Assembly: GCA_024639325.1 (NCBI GenBank)
Contig: JAHEIO010000004.1
Coordinates: forward strand, 8,801 to 72,800
Reading direction: 5' to 3'
Origin: Gammaproteobacteria bacterium
Lineage (GTDB): Bacteria > Pseudomonadota > Gammaproteobacteria > Arenicellales > JAANXG01
Length of the DNA stretch: 64,000 bases
Made by a program: the position numbers and the translations under genes. This document shows positions 59,069-64,000 of this stretch, piece after piece (the first letter of the stretch is position 1; each line of letters opens with the position of its first letter). Below the pieces are notes generated by a model. It was not told where the DNA came from. It saw only the letters and a program-made list of their open reading frames with translations, and made no database searches.

Positions 59069-60292
59069 CTAGATGATGCGTTCCGAGCGAAGCGCACCTA
59101 TCGCATCCTGGTCCAGTCCCAGCACGTCCTGCAACACCTCATCGGTGTGCTCGCCGAGAAGCGGCGGAGGCATCCTGTATTCTACCGGCGTCTCCGACAA
59201 TTTGAACGGGCTGCCTACCAGCGGCACCCTGCCGGCAAGGGCGTGATCCATTTCTACCCGCATCTGGCGAGACACGGTCTGAGGATCGGAGAATGTCTGG
59301 TCCAGAGTGTAAATGGGACCACAGGGGATGTTTTGTTCTTCGAGCAGTTGCATCCACTCGCGCGATGCCCTGACCCTCACCAGCGGCTCCAGGATTGCGA
59401 CCAGTCTTTCGCGGTTGCGGACGCGCTCCCGATTGGTTTGAAAATCCGGTTCGTCCGCGAGATCTTCTCTGTCCAGCAGCCTGCAGAACCTCCTGTACTG
59501 GTCATCGTTACCCACCGCAATGATTAAAAAGCCGTCTCTGCTGGCAAAAACCTGGTACGGCACGATGTTCGGGTGTGCGTTTCCAAGCCGGCCGGGGGGC
59601 TTACCAGAAACCAGATAGTTCATCGCCTGGTTGGCCATGGCTGCGAGCTGACAGTCCAGCAAAGCCAAGTCGATGTACTGCCCCCGACCGGTGAGTTCGC
59701 GGTGCAGCAGCGCGGCCTGGATTGCATTCCCAGCGTACAATCCCGTAAGGATATCCGCAACCGCAACGCCTACTTTCTGGGGCCCACCGCCTGGCAGCGT
59801 GTCCTTTTCGCCCGTGATGCTCATAAGGCCCGACATCGCCTGAATCATGAAATCGTATCCAGGCCGCTGGGCGCTCGGACCGGATTGCCCGAATCCCGTA
59901 ATGGAGCAGTACACCAGGCCGGGGTTTATCTGTCGCAGGGCCTCATAGTCGAGATCGTACCTGATCAGCCCGCCGACCTTGTAATTCTCAATGAGAACAT
60001 CGCTCAACGCGGCAAGGCCGCGTATCAGTTCCTGTCCCTCGGGCCGAGTGATATCTATGGTGACCGACCGCTTGTTCCGGTTGGCGGACAGGAAGTACCC
60101 CGGTTCACTGGTGTCCCTCCCATCCGCATCCTTGAGGTAGGGCGGGCCCCAGCTCCGAGTGTCATCGCCGCGGCCGGGGCGTTCGATCTTGATTACATCG
60201 GCGCCCAGATCCGCGAACATCTGTCCTACCCAGGGTCCGGCCAGCACCCGGCTCATATCGAGCACCCTGAGGTGGGATAAGGCGCCGGTCAT
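59069..60292 (-). CDS. Family III CoA-transferase (CaiB/BaiF/Frc family)
   Basis: Contains LRVLDMSRVLAGPWVGQMFADLGADVIKIERPGRGDDTRSWGPP in 407 aa. Confidence 0.88.
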   Translation of the reverse strand: MTGALSHLRVLDMSRVLAGPWVGQMFADLGADVIKIERPGRGDDTRSWGPPYLKDADGRDTSEPGYFLSANRNKRSVTIDITRPEGQELIRGLAALSDVLIENYKVGGLIRYDLDYEALRQINPGLVYCSITGFGQSGPSAQRPGYDFMIQAMSGLMSITGEKDTLPGGGPQKVGVAVADILTGLYAGNAIQAALLHRELTGRGQYIDLALLDCQLAAMANQAMNYLVSGKPPGRLGNAHPNIVPYQVFASRDGFLIIAVGNDDQYRRFCRLLDREDLADEPDFQTNRERVRNRERLVAILEPLVRVRASREWMQLLEEQNIPCGPIYTLDQTFSDPQTVSRQMRVEMDHALAGRVPLVGSPFKLSETPVEYRMPPPLLGEHTDEVLQDVLGLDQDAIGALRSERII

Positions 60293-60334
60293 CGGTTAAA
60301 ATTGGAGAATCTTCTTTTACGGCAGCCGCAGGAT

Positions 60335-60961
60335 TCAGGGCCGGCCTGCCAGCGCGGTGCCAATCATGCTGTCACGCGATACCAGTGAGGCGAGCTCCGA
60401 TTCGCTCATGCCCTCGGTTTCCGCGGGACGCATGGGAATCACGATATACCTGAGTTCCGCCGTCGAGTCGTGCACCCGGACTTCCACACCTGTTGGAATC
60501 TCGGTACCGAATTCCCGCAGCACCGCACGCGGTTCCCTGACCACTCGCGAGCGGTAGGCCTTGCTCTTGTACCAGACCGGGGGGCGCCCGAGCAGAAAGC
60601 GTGGGTAGCACGAACAGAGGGTACACACCACCAGGTTGTGCACCTCGGGCGTATTTTCGACTGCCGTCAATACGGCGTAACCCGGATCCAGACCCAGACT
60701 CTCCACGGCCGACATGCCGTCTTTCAACAGAAAAGCCTTGTATTCGGGATCCACCCAGGCCCGGGCGACGACCCGGGCGCCGTGAGTGTTCGGTTCGATG
60801 TTTTCGATGGACTCGATCATCGCGTTCATTTCAGCGTTGTCGTAAATCCCTTTACTGACCAGCAGGTCATTGAGCGCAATACCCATCAATTCATGATGGG
60901 AGCTGGGCTCGGGGTGGTCCGTTTGCAAGGGGTGCTTATGGGAATGATGTTCGTCGGTCAT
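60335..60961 (-). CDS. Nitrile hydratase family alpha subunit, cobalt type (SCNase gamma / ToyJ equivalent)
   Basis: The metal-binding claw VVCTLCSCYP is followed by PPVWYKSKAYRSRVVREPRAVLREFG. The ATG at 60961 follows the upstream TGA by 1 nt. The N-terminus is His-rich (MTDEHHSHKHPLQTDHPEPSSHHE). Confidence 0.85.
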   Translation of the reverse strand: MTDEHHSHKHPLQTDHPEPSSHHELMGIALNDLLVSKGIYDNAEMNAMIESIENIEPNTHGARVVARAWVDPEYKAFLLKDGMSAVESLGLDPGYAVLTAVENTPEVHNLVVCTLCSCYPRFLLGRPPVWYKSKAYRSRVVREPRAVLREFGTEIPTGVEVRVHDSTAELRYIVIPMRPAETEGMSESELASLVSRDSMIGTALAGRP

Positions 60962-60962
60962 G

Positions 60963-61250
60963 TCAGCATCTCGCGGATTCCAGCCAGTGTTCGAATATTT
61001 CGATCTCCAGCGAATCGCCATTCGGCCCTTCATATCCGGGCCAGAGTCGAGTCTGGGGAATATGAATTCGATAAACCGTCTGTATCGGTTCCCCATCCTC
61101 ACCGAGGGCCAGCGTTTCCGGCTGACCCTGTGCGGCACAGATGCGCTCCACCACGCCCTCGTGGCCCTTGACGTAGGCAGGGACGCGGTGGTGTCTGGCT
61201 TCTTCACGGTCGGATATCCGCACCCGGTCACCGATTGCGAACCTGGCCAT
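60963..61250 (-). CDS. Nitrile hydratase family beta subunit, C-terminal-half polypeptide
   Basis: 95 aa from the ATG at 61250. MARFAIGDRVRI...HHRVPAYVKGHEGVVE...VYRIHIPQTRLWPG...LEIEIFEHWLE matches the SH3-like C-terminal half of NHase beta. Confidence 0.75.
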   Translation of the reverse strand: MARFAIGDRVRISDREEARHHRVPAYVKGHEGVVERICAAQGQPETLALGEDGEPIQTVYRIHIPQTRLWPGYEGPNGDSLEIEIFEHWLESARC

Positions 61251-61570
61251 CAGCCGGCTGATTCCTTGAGCTCCGCCACGCGCCGGTCGAGTTCTTCCCT
61301 CGACACCACGCCCCGCCGGATCATGAGCGCCGCGGTTGCCGCGGCCCATCTCTCGTAGTAGCTCAGGCGCTCGTAGGCATCCGGCCCCAGCGACTCGATT
61401 TGGTGCCGCATCTCGGCCCAGTCCCTGACCATGCCTTTCTTGAACAGCAGGTACACCATGGCGTCCATACGCCGCTCCCAGAAGGTGTAGTCGTGGCTGG
61501 CACGATCGATGTCACCACCTGGCATGCCACCGACGTCGTGCGGACCGATGGGCTGCGGTTTGTCGGACAC
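61250..61570 (-). CDS. Nitrile hydratase family beta subunit, N-terminal-half polypeptide
   Basis: 106 aa with GPHDVGGMPG, FWERRMDAMVYLL and LSYYERWAAATAALMIRRGVVSREEL, the N-terminal helical half of NHase beta. The stop overlaps the next start (TGATG). Confidence 0.75.
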   Translation of the reverse strand: MSDKPQPIGPHDVGGMPGGDIDRASHDYTFWERRMDAMVYLLFKKGMVRDWAEMRHQIESLGPDAYERLSYYERWAAATAALMIRRGVVSREELDRRVAELKESAG

Positions 61571-61697
61571 TTGATTTCCCGGAAGATATGGTCAGACCGA
61601 ACAGTGTCCTAGAAACAAAAGAGAATCACAAGTGGCAGCTTCGCGCCCTGACGGCACGACGGATTCAACTGCGAGCCGTATCAGAAATACGAAGCAG

Positions 61698-61715
61698 CCG
61701 GGATTAAAAGCCCGG
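61698..61715 (-). terminator. Short hairpin immediately after the SulP gene stop
   Basis: The minus strand reads CCGGGCTTTTAATCCCGG followed by a T-containing stretch. Weak. Confidence 0.3.
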
Positions 61716-63986
61716 TCAACCATGCAGTGCATTCACCAGCTTGTTTGTCGCGGCAAGGCGGCTGGCCACGAGACGCACCACAAAAGCGTGAAATTCAGCC
61801 TCCAACGCCGGGTCTTCTTTCATCTTCTCCATTGCTTTCTTAGTCAGACAGTAGACCACCGAAGGAACTTCGGCTACGACCGATGCTGAACGGGGAATGC
61901 CAAGATACAGCGCTACCTCACCCACCACCGTGCCGGCCCCCATAGTGTGCACCCTGACGGGCTCCTGGCTTCTCATTTCGAACTGGACGGTGACGCGGCC
62001 GGACTCGATGAAATACAGGTCAGACGAATCATCCCCCTGACGGATCAGATATTCCCCTTCCTCGACATACTGCAGGTCGAGATAAGTCATAAGAAGCGCG
62101 GCCTTGTCGCGGTTCGAGAGCTGCCTGGACAACCTGTCGAATAATCGCATCTCCACCACCCCGGCATTGCGCGGGACGGCGTCGAGCAGTTGCTGTTCGC
62201 ACCACTCCAGACCCCGGTCGGTGTTCGAAAAAACCTGAATCACAGGATCATCCTGCTCGATCACCTCGCCCCTCGACAGGCTCGAAAGGATTTCCCCGGA
62301 CAGGCTCGTCATCAGGATTCTGAATCCGGCCTGTTCAGCCAGATGCTTCATCCTGATGAAGCTGCTCACGGTTGACGTATCGACATCGCTGACATTGCGA
62401 AAATCCAGGATGAGATATCCAAGCGCGGGCCGCGATCGATCAGCCAGCCGCTCCTTGACCCAGGTCAGGACCTTATGTGATGTGCCGAAGAATATGAAGC
62501 CTTCGAGAACCAGCAGGCAGATCCGGTCGCCCTGATCGATCAGAATCCTCTGCGATTCACCGTCGCGCTCTACATTGCTGTGATAGTCGACCCCGGAAAG
62601 AGCGTGCTTGATGACGTCGACCCGGCTGTAGTTGAAGACGAATATGATTGCGCCCGCGAAAATGCCGACCGTGATCCCCTGCAGATAGCCCACCGATGCC
62701 GACACCAGGAGACACAGTATGACCACGGTGTAATCGGCCCGGGGCAGTTTGAACCAGCCCTCGTACACCCACTCGATCATCAGGATCAATCCGAAGAACA
62801 GGATGAAGCCACCAAGCAGAGTCTTGGGCAGGTAGGACAGAAACGATATGCCGAACACCAGCGCCAGCAGGCACACGAGCGCCGTTATGATCCCGGTGAT
62901 ACGATAAGATGCGTTGATCTCCCGTGCCAGAAGGGAATCCTCCACCGAGTGCGAGCCGGTCACCCCACCACCCAGCGCGGCCACCACATTCGCAATTCCC
63001 GCGGAAACAAGTTCGCGGTTCAGATCCATGTCCCGCTTCATCACGACTTCTATGCCGGTCGCGCTCAGCAGCAGCCCGAGCAGGCATAGCAGTATTAAGC
63101 TGCCCACGCTATCCGCCTGGGCGGCGACCAGGCCCCAGTCGACGCGATGGAGCATCGAGGTATCCATCGTGACCCATAGAGATTGGTCGGGAAAAGGACC
63201 CACCAGCCATCCGCCGGCCTCCAGTTCCTCCACCGACAAACCGAATACTCCGGTCAACAGATAAAACAGCCCAATCGCAATCGCGAACATGGCCGGCAGG
63301 ACGAGGTAATGACTGGACGTACGCGTAGCAATGACCAGCGCCACGCCAAACACCGCGCCTGGCAGCCACCGGACGACGTTACCCGGCTGCATCAGGGATG
63401 GCAGGGTGTTCATATCGATGTCCTGGTCGATCATGACGCCAAAGGCACCGACCACGATCAACCAGCCCATAGTCACGACCACGCCCCCAACGACCGGGAG
63501 GGGAATGAATCGCACCAGGTTTCCCAGCTTGAATTGTCCCAGTACAAGAAAGACCAGGCCGGACAGTAGCGTCGAAACCACGACCACGACCATGACCGTA
63601 GTGAAAACAAGCTCGGCATCCGTCGACGGCGGCATACTGGCGGCAAGCGCGGAGGCTGCCAGGCTGAGTATGATCGCGGCGGCTTCGTCGGAACCGGCAA
63701 TCATGCCCGGATAGGAACTCATCAACGCCAAGACAAGTGCCAAAACCGTCGAACCGAACAGGAAATAGCCGGTACCCCGCACCAGGAAAGGTTCGAGTAC
63801 GCCGTTGAAAACCAGGGCGGCAATGGTTACGGACCACAGCACCATCGTGGCCCCGATGATCAGCCCTGCAAACAGGGCCGGCAGCAGCCGCGATGGCCGG
63901 ATCTCCTGTCTCAACTCCGACAGCACGCGCGACACCGGGGAAGAGTACGTCATGGTCCGGGAATTCGAGACACGATTACTGTTCAA
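61716..63986 (-). CDS. SulP-family anion transporter fused to STAS and a C-terminal cyclic-nucleotide-binding domain
   Basis: The polytopic SulP core covers about 450 aa. The STAS region reads YLILDFRNVSDVDTSTVSSF. The cNMP-binding beta-roll reads YLIRQGDDSSDLYFIESGRVTV...GAGTVVGEVALY...RSASVVA. Confidence 0.88.
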   Translation of the reverse strand: MNSNRVSNSRTMTYSSPVSRVLSELRQEIRPSRLLPALFAGLIIGATMVLWSVTIAALVFNGVLEPFLVRGTGYFLFGSTVLALVLALMSSYPGMIAGSDEAAAIILSLAASALAASMPPSTDAELVFTTVMVVVVVSTLLSGLVFLVLGQFKLGNLVRFIPLPVVGGVVVTMGWLIVVGAFGVMIDQDIDMNTLPSLMQPGNVVRWLPGAVFGVALVIATRTSSHYLVLPAMFAIAIGLFYLLTGVFGLSVEELEAGGWLVGPFPDQSLWVTMDTSMLHRVDWGLVAAQADSVGSLILLCLLGLLLSATGIEVVMKRDMDLNRELVSAGIANVVAALGGGVTGSHSVEDSLLAREINASYRITGIITALVCLLALVFGISFLSYLPKTLLGGFILFFGLILMIEWVYEGWFKLPRADYTVVILCLLVSASVGYLQGITVGIFAGAIIFVFNYSRVDVIKHALSGVDYHSNVERDGESQRILIDQGDRICLLVLEGFIFFGTSHKVLTWVKERLADRSRPALGYLILDFRNVSDVDTSTVSSFIRMKHLAEQAGFRILMTSLSGEILSSLSRGEVIEQDDPVIQVFSNTDRGLEWCEQQLLDAVPRNAGVVEMRLFDRLSRQLSNRDKAALLMTYLDLQYVEEGEYLIRQGDDSSDLYFIESGRVTVQFEMRSQEPVRVHTMGAGTVVGEVALYLGIPRSASVVAEVPSVVYCLTKKAMEKMKEDPALEAEFHAFVVRLVASRLAATNKLVNALHG

Positions 63987-64000
63987 ATTGCGGTTCTGAT

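Noticed and set aside
60963-61349. Longer 128-aa version of the NHase beta C-terminal ORF, and the 298-aa version of the alpha ORF (60335-61231)
   Set aside because: The N-terminal extensions (MGRGNRGAHDPAGRG..., MTGCGYPTVKKPDTT...) are out-of-frame shadows of the upstream genes. Homology to NHase subunits starts at the internal ATGs 61250 and 60961, which sit exactly at the upstream stop codons.
1-64000. CRISPR arrays, transposases/IS elements, integrases, prophage genes, tRNA or rRNA genes
   Set aside because: I saw no regularly spaced direct repeats, terminal inverted repeats with a transposase ORF, phage-like genes or structured RNA gene signatures when reading both strands. The only repeats are the short regulatory or palindromic motifs reported above.

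Overview
The window looks like a moderately GC-rich chromosomal segment from a gammaproteobacterium-like organism. The evidence is a class III phaE-phaC PHA synthase, glnA-ntrB-ntrC, glyQ-glyS-gmhB-plsC and pdxA-rsmA synteny. I can support about 58 protein-coding genes. I found no rRNA, tRNA, CRISPR array, transposase or integrase. Layout: (1) priA end, pqiA-like gene, argS, SPOR protein, stand-alone FabD-like acyltransferase. (2) A minus-strand operon for the methylmalonyl-CoA pathway (mutase, pccB, pccA, meaB, epimerase), directly next to phaC-phaE and the divergent phaR-phaP. (3) An orphan REC-PAS-LuxR regulator convergent with a 1200-aa PPDK-like dikinase that has a long unassigned N-terminal region. 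(4) Housekeeping genes (CDGSH protein, DUF945, pdxA, rsmA, plsC, gmhB, glyQS, glnA-ntrBC with readable NtrC sites and a sigma-54 promoter, ttcA, metK). (5) An OMF-MFP-RND efflux operon, a phosphoethanolamine-methyltransferase-like gene, and ahcY behind an SAH riboswitch. (6) pepN coupled to a DedA/FAD-oxidoreductase fusion. (7) An accessory-looking minus-strand stretch. It holds a secreted HExxH protease, a beta-barrel-like protein with a C-terminal JAMM-like domain and a coupled small secreted partner. It then holds a long co-directional gene string with a three-gene (split-beta) cobalt-type nitrile-hydratase-family enzyme, a family III CoA-transferase, a BKACE enzyme, DUF938, LysE, GlcG-like and DinB-like genes, preceded by a SulP-STAS-cNMP transporter. 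The leads I rate highest are the split-beta NHase cluster, the dikinase with the novel N-terminus, the JAMM-like two-gene module, and a 17-bp PhaR-type operator shared by the phasin promoter and the methylmalonyl-CoA operon promoter. All functional calls come from motif reading by eye; no database search was run.
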